This document shows positions 27,369 to 36,949 of a stretch of 37,986 nt of DNA, piece after piece (within the stretch, counting starts at the first letter, position 1; the number at the start of each line of letters is the position of its first letter). This DNA comes from Candidatus Hermodarchaeota archaeon (GTDB taxonomy: Archaea; Asgardarchaeota; Hermodarchaeia; Hermodarchaeales; Hermodarchaeaceae). Location of the stretch: contig JAEOTO010000002.1 in the NCBI GenBank assembly GCA_016839805.1, positions 1 through 37,986 on the forward strand. Reading direction: 5' to 3'. Made by a program: the position numbers and the translations under genes. Under the pieces are notes generated by a model. It searched no databases and had not been told where the DNA came from. It was given only the letters and a program-made list of their open reading frames with translations.

Positions 27369-28670
27369 TCATTTCAAAGTTTTTAGTACCGTTTCAATTG
27401 CCTTGAGTGTCACTTCAAGATCGTTTTGTGAGTGAGCGAAAGAAAGACCTCCGAGTCCATGGTATCCAAAAACACCTTCTTCGACAAGCAAGCTCTGAAA
27501 TAAATCCGTTCTTGCCTTATCAAAAGCATCCCCTAACTTTGTGACAGTAAGGGGGCCTTCTTCAATTGGACGAGAGAGACAATGAATAAAGATGATTGAA
27601 CCCATTCCCACCGCTATAGCTTGAGTCTGGGGTAAAATTTCATTAATTTGGTGACAAAATCGTTCACCAATATTATTCAAGCTCTGGTATTTTTCTTTGC
27701 CAGCACGTAGAGCGTTTAAAGTAGCGATACCAGCCACCATGCTCAAGGGGTGACTCGAAAATGTTCCTCCACCCACCCATCGGCCTTTTGGTGCACCAGG
27801 AGCAGCAAGCGCCATCACATCTTCTCTTCCACCATAAACACCTAAAGGCATACCACTGGCTGCAATCTTTCCCAAAGTTATGAGATCTGGTTCAACGTTG
27901 AAGACAGCTGTACCTGCAGCTCCATAACATAAACGAAACCCGGTGATGATTTCATCGAAAATTAAGAGAATATCGCGTTTTGCTGTTTCTACTCGAAGAT
28001 ATGAGAGGAAATCTGGTTCAGGTGGTATTCCTCCAGCTGCTCCAATTACGGGTTCAACGATTACAGCTGCTAGCTTCGTCCCGTATTTGTTCATTAACGC
28101 ATCAATACTATCTCTGTCATTAAATTCAAATGAAACCCCATTATAATATGGTTTATCATCAAAGGGGTATCGCAGATAATAACCGAGAGCATCATTCCCG
28201 CCATGCCATCCACCGAAGACTTTTGCAACAAGAGGTTTACCCGTGAAAAGTCGACATAATCGGACAGCATACCCTGTAGCTTCGCTTCCTGTTGAACAGA
28301 AGCGCATTCGTTTTAACTCAGGAATCGCCTCCTGAAGTAATTCACCGAAGACTACTTGATGCTCATTTAGAGCTCCCAGGTGTACACCTTTAGCAAGTTG
28401 ATTATCGAGAGCTTTTCTAATCGTTGGATGGTTATGACCAAGAATCATTGAGAAGTGCGTCATCCAATAATCGATGTATTCGTTGCCGTCCACGTCCCAA
28501 AGATGGCTACCTTCACCTCGTTCCATGAAAGGTGGATAAGCTTGGCAACGATCAAGACCAAAGGTCCGAATGTTGTGATTAATACCTCCAGAGAAAAGTT
28601 TGAGTGCTCGCGTCCAAAATTTCTTTGATTGTACTGATGCTTGCTTGTACTTCTCAAGCATAAAAGCCAC
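27369..28670 (-). CDS. Class III PLP aminotransferase, glutamate-1-semialdehyde aminomutase-like
   Basis: Motifs WDVDGNEYIDY, GHNHP, STGSEA, FDEIITGFR, TLGK (PLP lysine), GGTFSSHP. No tetrapyrrole genes nearby, so hemL is not assigned. Confidence 0.9.
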   Translation of the reverse strand: MAFMLEKYKQASVQSKKFWTRALKLFSGGINHNIRTFGLDRCQAYPPFMERGEGSHLWDVDGNEYIDYWMTHFSMILGHNHPTIRKALDNQLAKGVHLGALNEHQVVFGELLQEAIPELKRMRFCSTGSEATGYAVRLCRLFTGKPLVAKVFGGWHGGNDALGYYLRYPFDDKPYYNGVSFEFNDRDSIDALMNKYGTKLAAVIVEPVIGAAGGIPPEPDFLSYLRVETAKRDILLIFDEIITGFRLCYGAAGTAVFNVEPDLITLGKIAASGMPLGVYGGREDVMALAAPGAPKGRWVGGGTFSSHPLSMVAGIATLNALRAGKEKYQSLNNIGERFCHQINEILPQTQAIAVGMGSIIFIHCLSRPIEEGPLTVTKLGDAFDKARTDLFQSLLVEEGVFGYHGLGGLSFAHSQNDLEVTLKAIETVLKTLK

Positions 28671-28876
28671 CTATTACTACTTGGTGGCGTGAAGAGCTTT
28701 TAACTTACTTACCGAGAAGTCCTCCATATTCCAGGGCGGTGTTGAATAAGCATTAGATCGACAGACTGAAAAATCATGAAAGGGTCATACATCTAGATAA
28801 CAGCTTTTTCATTTACAATAAAAAATTCTCTCCGAGTAAACTTCTTTCTATCTACAAAAAATAATTCCCCCTCTTT

Positions 28877-29075
28877 TCAGGTTTCTTTGTTTCTTTTAGA
28901 GAGGAAATATTTTCCAACAAGCGCAATTACAGGAATAGAAAAAAGTATACCCATGACGATAAAGAACGAAAGCGGGATTTGGGCGATGAAGGTTTTTTCG
29001 TTCAATGATTGCTTTAGCGATATTCTGTCCAAGAGTTCCAAATCCGATTTGAAGTACACGAAATGGCTTGAGCAT
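28877..29075 (-). pseudogene. Chimeric remnant: 5' end of a Rossmann-fold dehydrogenase joined out of frame to the 3' end of a membrane-protein gene
   Basis: ATG at 29075 reads MLKPFRVLQIGFGTLGQNIAKAIIERKNL (GxGxxG), then loses similarity and stops at 28896. A second frame gives FIAQIPLSFFIVMGILFSIPVIALVGKYFLSKRNKET* ending at 28877. Confidence 0.6.
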
Positions 29076-29144
29076 AATTTAAGCATTCAAAATCCATGTA
29101 ATAAAAGCTGTTCCATTGTAAGAATTACATAATGTGTAGTACTG

Positions 29145-30188
29145 TTAAAATCGACGTGGTTTTTTTGGATATGCCTGGAAGGGTGTTCGGGGTTCTAAAC
29201 TAAACCAGTCAGTCTTCTCGTCCAGGTGTGAGAGCGATCGCAAGATATCAAAAGTAATCCACCGCGATGCTTCTGGATATCGTTGGTATTCCCAGAGTCC
29301 ATATGGGCCTTGCAGATCTTTCACAAACTTCACGTTCTCTGCAATCCGGGGATCTTCTAAGCTTGCTTCGATACGCCACGATAAATCTAGGATTTGTGCC
29401 ACATCATAACGTTTGAAATAGGTAAAACCACCCCGTAGACGCTCTGTTCCAATAATCCGTGCAACTTCGAATCCAAGTGCATGCGCTTGTCGGTGTTCAT
29501 GCGCAAGTAGTTTATCTAATCCTCGACGAGCGGATTCACTCGTGCGTCGGCTTGGATGTAAGGCTAGCGCACTAACTGCAGCCGTTGTATTGGTTCGACA
29601 GCCAAATTTTGAATGCGCAAGTCGTCGATAACCTGCCGCAAAGATGTATTTATCCTGATGTCTCCCTGATGGCCACCCGCCCTCAGATAGCTCCTCCTTT
29701 AGAAGCCATTCATAGGCGGCTTCTGCTCGTTTATCGGTCGCATAACCTGCCCAAGCTAAGCCCAATAAAGGCAACGCAGTTTGAATAGGCATTGCATGAT
29801 ATTTCACATCATCTGCCCGTCCTCCGTCTAAAACTGCACCTTTCGCTATCAAGGGAAAGGAACCATCTGTTTGTTGTTTGGAAAAAATAAACTCGACACC
29901 GCTTTTGACAGCCGGATGATCTGGTCCCAATCCAAGAAAACCTAATGCCATCAGGGTTTGACTTGTGAGTCGAATTCGTCCCAAGATTGAAGAACCACTC
30001 TCTTCTCCTCGAAACGATCCATCTGAATCCTGTAAGGCTAGGAACTTTTTAACCAATGGATCATGTTCCTGAAGTGCTCGTAATTCTTTGACCTCCTCAT
30101 CGGTTTCTGGCCGATGTAAGAGATCTCGTAAAACGAGTAATCGTAAACTCGGTGAAGGGTCAGCTAACAAGAGAGGTGCCCAGGTCAT
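29145..30188 (-). CDS. Prenyltransferase/squalene-cyclase repeat (alpha/alpha toroid) protein of unknown function
   Basis: QW-like repeats LQDSDGSF, QQTDGSF, ELSEGGW, LQGPYGLW; no DxDD motif; ATGA overlap with the UvrA-like gene. Confidence 0.8.
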   Translation of the reverse strand: MTWAPLLLADPSPSLRLLVLRDLLHRPETDEEVKELRALQEHDPLVKKFLALQDSDGSFRGEESGSSILGRIRLTSQTLMALGFLGLGPDHPAVKSGVEFIFSKQQTDGSFPLIAKGAVLDGGRADDVKYHAMPIQTALPLLGLAWAGYATDKRAEAAYEWLLKEELSEGGWPSGRHQDKYIFAAGYRRLAHSKFGCRTNTTAAVSALALHPSRRTSESARRGLDKLLAHEHRQAHALGFEVARIIGTERLRGGFTYFKRYDVAQILDLSWRIEASLEDPRIAENVKFVKDLQGPYGLWEYQRYPEASRWITFDILRSLSHLDEKTDWFSLEPRTPFQAYPKKPRRF

Positions 30189-33100
30189 GTTTTCACCCCC
30201 ATGACTTTCCGGAGATAGGGAGCTGTTGGAGTATCGTGAGTAATTATTTTCTCTGGCGTTCCCGTGGCAATCACTTTACCCCCATCCGGTCCTCCAACAG
30301 GTCCAAGTTCTATAATCCAATCACAAGTCGCTAACAAGTGTGGATGATGTTCAACCACGACCACAGAGTGTCCGGCATCGACTAAACGGTGTAATACACT
30401 GGCTAATCGTGCAACATCTTCCATGTGGAGACCCACGGTGGGTTCATCCAGGATATACATGGTTTGTGTTGAAGTTCCTTTAATAAGCTCTTTTGCAATT
30501 TTTAACCGTTGAACTTCTCCGCCTGAAAGGGTATATGATCGTTGTCTCCAGACTAGGTATCCTAATCCCACTTGCTTTGCGATCCTCAGGGGCTCAGCAA
30601 TTCGTTTTTCCTCTTTGAAAAGTTCATAAACTTCGTCAAGAGTCATTCCATTGATTTCTGGTAATGTGACGTCCTTTACATGAATTTCCCACGCTTCGGG
30701 TTGATATCCTGTCCCCTTACAGGTTTCGCATTCTACAAATTCGTTGGGTAAAAATCCCATGTCGATTCGTAATATACCTCGTCCCTTGCATGCTGAACAG
30801 GGTCTGCTGAGATCCTTCTTAGTTACACCTAAGGTTTTCGCATCATCACTATCCGAAAAAATCTGAATTAATGGTTTTAGGAGACCCAGGAAACTAGCAG
30901 GACTTCGGATTCCTCGACGTGATTGATCGACAAGAAGGGTACGTTTTGGTTCGTTGGAGATCGAATCGTATTCACCAGCTTCCAGAGGCTCACGGGCAAA
31001 AGACGATGAATGGACCTGCTTGACAAGAGCTCGTCCAATAGTATCAATGAGTAGCGTACTTTTTCCAGACCCTGATACTCCACACACACCAGTTAAGGTT
31101 CCTAAGGGAATTCGTATTTTTTCACCGCGGAGATTATTTGCTCGAGCGCCTTTGACTACCATCCAGTCTTGAGATTTTCGACGTTGAGTTCTGGTCATCC
31201 ATTGGTGCAGTCCAGCTTTTCGTGGGAATTTTTTCTGTTGATCCGCTTGAAGCCATTTCCCAGTTATGGTTTGAGCTTTGATGATATCTGCTGGCTTTCC
31301 TTGGGCAATGAGTTTTCCCCCATTAATCCCGGCACCTGGTCCTAGATCGATTATATAATCTGCTGCCCGAATGATGAGTAAGTCATGTTCAACAACGACG
31401 ACCGTGTTGCCCTCATCTCGAAGTTCTTGTAGCGCTTGTAGGAGGGCTTCAAGTTCAGAGGGATGCATTCCTCGTGACGGCTCATCAACTAAAATCGTCA
31501 AAGATGTTAAACCACTTCCTAGTAGACTAGCTAATTGAATTCGTTGCGCCTCTCCAGCAGAAAGGGTTCCGGTTGGACGATTCAAATGAAGATACCCGAT
31601 TCCTACCTGTCTTAGGAATCGTAACCGTTTATGAATTATTTGAAGACTTGTTTCGATTAAGGGAATCTCAGTAGAGGGTAATGCTATCTTTTTGACGAGT
31701 TTTTCTAAGTCGATAAGGGGCATCTCACTTAATTCATTCATGTTCTTGCCCTGCAAAGTTACTGCTAAGAACTCCGGTCGCAGTCCAGCGCCCTGGCACT
31801 CAGGGCATTGAACTTGTTTCGTATAGGTGCCATGAATATCCCAATCGAAAATCCAACTATCCTCTCGGTAGAAGCCTCTCCATTTCCAAGTCGTTTGTCG
31901 TTCTTTTCCCTTCCACTTTCCCGCTGATTTACTAATATAGGTAAATTTGTAGGTTCTGTCATCCCCATAAAAGAACACATCTTTAGCCTTTTGTGACATT
32001 TTATTCCAGGGGGTTTTGAAAGGATCAAATCCATACTGTTTGCCAAGCTCAGAAATAATAGGTTGGTCTTTACAGAGATACGTTTTGGGCCAATAACCGG
32101 GAGACCACATAGCTCCAGCACATAGGGGTTTGTCAGGATTCACAATAAGCTTCTCCGGTTGAGGAAGATGCAACACCCCTAATCCATTACATTTCTCGCA
32201 TGAACTCGTCCAATGAGCTGGGGAGAAATGCTGAGGTTTAGCAAAGGGAGCTGTAACTTCACATTTAGGACAGATCCATTCTTCCCTTCGCTTCATTTTC
32301 GATCCACAATTCAAACAGTTACGTTTGCCGAGTGAAGCAAGTAGATTGGCTAAATGAAAACTAATCTCTGTCAGAGCACCTACAGTATTTCGACGTGTAA
32401 ACTGTGGAATGTGACTCCATAAATGCGCTCGATGAGTTGCTACTGTGAGAGTAACCCCCAAACCTGTAATTGAATCAACCGGAGCTTCTGCACTCTCCTT
32501 CACACCTTGTCGTTCATACATCGACAAGGTCTCTAAATACCGGCGTCGGGCCTCTGCCTGCAATGTGTCATTAACCAAACTCGATTTTCCTGAACCTGAC
32601 ACACCGGTTACAACAGTTAGTGCACCCTTCGGGATATCAACATCAATTCCTTGTAGATTATTTGCTTGAGTATTTCGAATCTTGATACTCGGAATCAATG
32701 GTTTTGTAGTGTGTTTCGGAGTTCTTTCAGGTTGAACTGCCAGTTCATCCTTTAATGCAGAACCAGTGACAGATGATTTTACTTCAAACAAGTTGTTAAG
32801 AGGACCCGCATACAGGACTTGGCCACCTGCGGGTCCTGCACCTGGTCCAAGGTCAATAATCCAATCAGCAGCTCGGATAAAGTCCGAGTTATGTTCAACT
32901 ACAACGATAGTAGCACCATGACGCACTAACCGATCAAGAACAGTAAGCAACCCATCCAGGTCCTTTGGATGCAAACCTGTTGAGGGTTCATCAAGAATAA
33001 TAAGCTGATTCGTTAGCTTGTTCCGACCCAAGAATTTAGTTAATTTCACACGTTGAGCCTCACCACCAGAAAGAGTAGGTGAGGGCTGACCCAGTTCCAA

Positions 33101-35119
33101 ATAACCTAAACCCACATCATTGAGAGCTTTCAGAATCCGCAAACCAGACTCTCGTTTTATTTCAGAAAGATGCTTCGACTTGTGAAATTGCTCCTCAATT
33201 TCAGCAATAGGTAGACTATAGAAATCAGCAATGGATAGGTTCTCTCCATCGAATTCAACTTGTGCAGATAATACTTCGTTATTAAATCGTTGTCCCTCAC
33301 AATCAGAACAAGGAATCCAAATGGACTGTAAATATCGCATTTTAACCTCGCTAGCCCCGATGCCTTTACACTTAGGACATGCACCTTCAGGTCGATTAAA
33401 AGAAAAATGCGACTTAGATAATCCTGTAGCTTCCGCATAAAGGTCACGGATTATCTCTGATAATTTCGTATACGTTGCTGGGTTGGAACGCGGATTACGA
33501 CCGATAGGGCTTTGATCCACCATGACCGGTTTGATACTTGGACCTTCAATATGCTCACACCCTATTGGCTCCTTCTTCCTTAAGGATGGTACCAAGACAT
33601 GCTCAACGAACGTGCTTTTTCCGGACCCAGAAACCCCGGTAATGACAGTTAATCGACCTAAAGGAATTTGAACATCAATATTTTGAAGATTATGTTGAAT
33701 CGCTTTTCTTACACTAAGAAATTTCTCGGGTGGGGAGCGAGGTTCAAGGGTCTTTACCCGATCTCGGAGACTGAAATACCGCCCTGTTGCGGTGTCAGCT
33801 TTCCATAATTTTGCTGGCGAACCCGAAAAGATGACTTCACCTCCCTCTTTGCCTGCACCTGGTCCTAGATCTACAGCGTAATCTGCAGAAGCAGCAGCAA
33901 CCCGGTCATGTTCAACAAAAATCACTGGACCTGATAGGTCTCGAAAAGCAGGGAGGAACCGTGAAACATCTACGGGATGTTGACCAATCGTTGGCTCATC
34001 AAGAACATGTAGAATGTCTTCTAATCGGCTGGATAATGAGATAGCAAGTCTTACTCTTTGAGACTCGCCCCGAGATAACGTGGGTGCCGACCTATTATGA
34101 GTAATATATCCGAGTCCCACTCGTTTGAGAGCATCAAGACGTCGTTGAATCTCTGAGCGTAACCGATTCGCTGTGGCAGGAAGATTCACATTCAAAAACA
34201 GCTCATGGGCTTCATCAACAGAAAGACAAAGCAGTTCAGGTAACCGCAATCCCTCCCATCGCACAGATGCAGCCTGCGGATGCATCCCCGTTGAATCACA
34301 GCGCTTACACCCTTTCCCTTTGCAAAAAGAACATATCTGATTGAAATGCGTAGGTTCTAAATCCCGGAACCCAGTTGCACAAACACTACAGATTTGTGTC
34401 GTTGTTAGAGTCACATCGAGGTTTTGACCTCGAGCTTGAATAGCTCCTGCACCTAGCGCTGTAGCCTGTCGTGTGAAATTTCTAACATCTTTTACAGAAG
34501 TTCTCTTATCAATTACACCTATCTCAACTTCAATCGAATGAGCCTGTAATGGATCAAGAGGGTTACCATCCCACTCACGACCATCAACGATAAGTGAACT
34601 CCGCTCAAACTCAGCATCTAAAATCCTAAGGAGCGTTCTATGGCTTCCTTTCACCTTCTGCACCAAAGGTGCAAATACTCGTACCAGTTTCTGTTTACTC
34701 AGAAGGTTTAGTTGCCCAACGATTTCGTCCTCAGTAAAAACGCTCAATGGTGTTCCACAATGTAAACAGTGGCGTACTCCAAAATTCGAATATAAGAGAC
34801 GAAAGAATGGATGTAATCCGGATGCTGTTGCAAGGGTGGATGCTGGATTTCGATTCAAAAGGTTTTGACCAACTGCAATGGTCGGGACCATTCCAGTGAT
34901 TACTTCAACATTCGATGGAGCAAGACGTTGCCCGCCACGACCATACGAAAAGACATCCAAAAAGCGTCTGTGAGCCTCATGATACAAGGTATCAAAAACA
35001 AGGGAGGTTTTCCCTGAACCAGAAACACCTGTGACAACGGTGAGGCCATCACCAAACTGTACATCGATATTTTTGAGGTTGTGTTCCTTTGCACCCTTGA
35101 CACGGATGTCCATGAGCAT
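30185..35119 (-). CDS. Internally duplicated UvrA-like protein with four ABC ATPase domains
   Basis: Four GVSGSGK Walker A motifs, four signatures (LSRGE, LSGGE, LSAGE, LSGGE), four DEP Walker B motifs, four VEH loops, three DLGPGAG motifs plus ELGPVGG, and multiple CxxC zinc modules. Confidence 0.93.
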   Translation of the reverse strand: MLMDIRVKGAKEHNLKNIDVQFGDGLTVVTGVSGSGKTSLVFDTLYHEAHRRFLDVFSYGRGGQRLAPSNVEVITGMVPTIAVGQNLLNRNPASTLATASGLHPFFRLLYSNFGVRHCLHCGTPLSVFTEDEIVGQLNLLSKQKLVRVFAPLVQKVKGSHRTLLRILDAEFERSSLIVDGREWDGNPLDPLQAHSIEVEIGVIDKRTSVKDVRNFTRQATALGAGAIQARGQNLDVTLTTTQICSVCATGFRDLEPTHFNQICSFCKGKGCKRCDSTGMHPQAASVRWEGLRLPELLCLSVDEAHELFLNVNLPATANRLRSEIQRRLDALKRVGLGYITHNRSAPTLSRGESQRVRLAISLSSRLEDILHVLDEPTIGQHPVDVSRFLPAFRDLSGPVIFVEHDRVAAASADYAVDLGPGAGKEGGEVIFSGSPAKLWKADTATGRYFSLRDRVKTLEPRSPPEKFLSVRKAIQHNLQNIDVQIPLGRLTVITGVSGSGKSTFVEHVLVPSLRKKEPIGCEHIEGPSIKPVMVDQSPIGRNPRSNPATYTKLSEIIRDLYAEATGLSKSHFSFNRPEGACPKCKGIGASEVKMRYLQSIWIPCSDCEGQRFNNEVLSAQVEFDGENLSIADFYSLPIAEIEEQFHKSKHLSEIKRESGLRILKALNDVGLGYLELGQPSPTLSGGEAQRVKLTKFLGRNKLTNQLIILDEPSTGLHPKDLDGLLTVLDRLVRHGATIVVVEHNSDFIRAADWIIDLGPGAGPAGGQVLYAGPLNNLFEVKSSVTGSALKDELAVQPERTPKHTTKPLIPSIKIRNTQANNLQGIDVDIPKGALTVVTGVSGSGKSSLVNDTLQAEARRRYLETLSMYERQGVKESAEAPVDSITGLGVTLTVATHRAHLWSHIPQFTRRNTVGALTEISFHLANLLASLGKRNCLNCGSKMKRREEWICPKCEVTAPFAKPQHFSPAHWTSSCEKCNGLGVLHLPQPEKLIVNPDKPLCAGAMWSPGYWPKTYLCKDQPIISELGKQYGFDPFKTPWNKMSQKAKDVFFYGDDRTYKFTYISKSAGKWKGKERQTTWKWRGFYREDSWIFDWDIHGTYTKQVQCPECQGAGLRPEFLAVTLQGKNMNELSEMPLIDLEKLVKKIALPSTEIPLIETSLQIIHKRLRFLRQVGIGYLHLNRPTGTLSAGEAQRIQLASLLGSGLTSLTILVDEPSRGMHPSELEALLQALQELRDEGNTVVVVEHDLLIIRAADYIIDLGPGAGINGGKLIAQGKPADIIKAQTITGKWLQADQQKKFPRKAGLHQWMTRTQRRKSQDWMVVKGARANNLRGEKIRIPLGTLTGVCGVSGSGKSTLLIDTIGRALVKQVHSSSFAREPLEAGEYDSISNEPKRTLLVDQSRRGIRSPASFLGLLKPLIQIFSDSDDAKTLGVTKKDLSRPCSACKGRGILRIDMGFLPNEFVECETCKGTGYQPEAWEIHVKDVTLPEINGMTLDEVYELFKEEKRIAEPLRIAKQVGLGYLVWRQRSYTLSGGEVQRLKIAKELIKGTSTQTMYILDEPTVGLHMEDVARLASVLHRLVDAGHSVVVVEHHPHLLATCDWIIELGPVGGPDGGKVIATGTPEKIITHDTPTAPYLRKVMGVKT

Positions 35120-35268
35120 CTTTCCTAGATAGTGTTGTGTGAACTATATATTTTTACAATGGCAAAAATGTCCCTTTGACCGTATAAAACCAAATAGAGA
35201 CTGCACTAAAAGTAATTGGCAAATCTAGGAAAAACCTAAACAACATGAAAAGCTAGAAAACAAACTAA

Positions 35269-35778
35269 GTGATACCCATGGATTTACCGGTCACCCCTGA
35301 AAGTAAGAAACTGCTGCTAATGGGCAGTAAGGCATTCGAAAACCGGCAATTACCGGTTGAGGTGACGCAGCGTATCGATAGTGCAATGGATAAGGGAATG
35401 ATCATCATTGTGGGGGAAGCGCATGGAACCCCGCGCCTTTACCAAGATTATCTACACGCAAAAGGGTATGAAAACGTAATTGTGGGCCATGCAAAAAGCC
35501 TGCGATATAACGCAGGTAACTGGACTGCCATCCAGTACGGTCAAGATCTCAAGGAACGCGAACGTAATATGATTGAAGATTGCGATGAAGCCATCGTAAT
35601 TTGGATGAATAAAAGCGGGGTAATTGCCCAGAATCTAGAGCAGCTAAAGCGATTGGGGAAACCAACGTTTCTTTATGAGTGTTATAGCCACACACATGAA
35701 GTAAATGCTGGGCCTCTAGATCCCACGCGCATCTACGATCAGTATTTTGACTGGAAACTTCGAAAGAAAAAACCTTAA
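35269..35778 (+). CDS. SLOG-superfamily (YspA/DUF2493-like) Rossmannoid protein
   Basis: LLLMGSK...IIVGEAHG...QDYL...RYNAGNW...RERNMIEDCDEAIVIW..KSG...LKRLGKP follows the SLOG pattern as recalled; start may be the ATG at 35278. Confidence 0.65.
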   Translation: MIPMDLPVTPESKKLLLMGSKAFENRQLPVEVTQRIDSAMDKGMIIIVGEAHGTPRLYQDYLHAKGYENVIVGHAKSLRYNAGNWTAIQYGQDLKERERNMIEDCDEAIVIWMNKSGVIAQNLEQLKRLGKPTFLYECYSHTHEVNAGPLDPTRIYDQYFDWKLRKKKP

Positions 35779-35902
35779 TCATCAAGGAACTGAATTCACA
35801 CTACCTCATCGTTAAGGGAAACTTAACCTAGACCTTACTAAAGCCATTCTGGAGTTACGGTTTAAATAGCAACATGGCAACGTCGCTTTTGGGGATATCA
35901 CT

Positions 35903-36349
35903 ATGTCTGAACATCTCTACATTCCAGTAGACCAACTAAATCCTGGTTTCCAGCAACTCATTCCTGGTGGAGCAAACATTCTGTACACAACCCGCGCTGA
36001 AGTTCTTAAACGGGGCTTTGGTGCCCATAAGAAAAGTGGCTTTGTCGTGGTCACTGATAAGGGAATTGCTTTTCACGCAGCCAAAACGGGGCTCTTTGAC
36101 GTTAGCTTAGTTTCAATGGCCTCTGGTGCTCTCGCAGGATTTATTCCCTGGGCAAATATCCAAAAACTGGGAAACTACAAAGACAAGATTCAAGTTAAAC
36201 ACACACTCACTGATAATCCGAAGAAGAAACTTGAATGGTTCTTCAAATGTGAACGATGCAAAGACCAGGGTGAAGAGAAAAAGGAGTTCGAAGCACGCAA
36301 AAAAGGCTTTGGACCCTTCGTTGAAACTCTCTACAAACAGAACAAGTAA
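35903..36349 (+). CDS. Hypothetical protein, possible PH-like fold
   Basis: GFVVVTDKGIAF...FIPWANIQKL resembles bPH/GRAM patterns; followed by a terminator. Confidence 0.7.
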   Translation: MSEHLYIPVDQLNPGFQQLIPGGANILYTTRAEVLKRGFGAHKKSGFVVVTDKGIAFHAAKTGLFDVSLVSMASGALAGFIPWANIQKLGNYKDKIQVKHTLTDNPKKKLEWFFKCERCKDQGEEKKEFEARKKGFGPFVETLYKQNK

Positions 36350-36365
36350 TTGCTCCGAATCGCGC

Positions 36366-36409
36366 TAGAGGACTAGAAGAACACCTTCTAGCCTCTAATT
36401 TTTGTTTTT
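36366..36409 (+). terminator. Hairpin plus T-rich tract between convergent genes
   Basis: TAGAGG-A-CTAGAAG / AACAC / CTTCTAG-CCTCTA followed by ATTTTTGTTTTT. Confidence 0.7.
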
Positions 36410-36420
36410 AGATACGATAC

Positions 36421-36873
36421 TTAATCGAGTTTCTTGGGCTTACGTTTGATAGCGATGAGTCTTTTCAGATCCTCAAAAAGAGATGCGTCAGGAATGCGTA
36501 TCCATAACCATTTACCATCATGTAATTTCGGTGTGTTTCGGAATATATCTACGATAGAGGGTAAAAAATCAGCTGCTTGAGCAGCAAATTTCTCAATCTC
36601 TTTTTTACCATAGACAATGAGAAAGCTAAAACTTTGCTTTTCAGGGAAAAGGGACACGATAGTACGACCACTTTTACGATATCGAACAAGCCACCCATAT
36701 TTATCGCCATAATAGAGAATTTCTTTTGACAAGTCATAGTGGATTTCTAGGTATTCTTGAATTTGCTTCCACGCTGTAATGGCATCCGCATCAGAGATGA
36801 ATGTGAAGATGTCAGTTTCTGTGGGTTCTCGGGTCCGATCAAACATTCTTTGATGAGTCTCTTGTTCCGTCAT
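36421..36873 (-). CDS. DUF3788-family protein
   Basis: KYGWLVRYRKSGRTIVSLFPE...IVYGKKE...HDGKWLWIRI...DLKRLIAIKRKP. Confidence 0.8.
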   Translation of the reverse strand: MTEQETHQRMFDRTREPTETDIFTFISDADAITAWKQIQEYLEIHYDLSKEILYYGDKYGWLVRYRKSGRTIVSLFPEKQSFSFLIVYGKKEIEKFAAQAADFLPSIVDIFRNTPKLHDGKWLWIRIPDASLFEDLKRLIAIKRKPKKLD

Positions 36874-36949
36874 CTTAATCCCTATTAGTCCTAAGAGATT
36901 AAAAGATTCTAATTCTTATAATAAAAAATAGTTGGAGTGGCGGTGTAAC

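Noticed and set aside
27369-28670. Assignment as hemL
   Set aside because: Motifs diverge from typical HemL (GGINHNIR, GKIAASG) and there are no tetrapyrrole neighbours; GSA-like paralogs are common.
29145-30188. True squalene-hopene cyclase
   Set aside because: It is about half the expected length, has no DxDD motif, and has no isoprenoid gene context.
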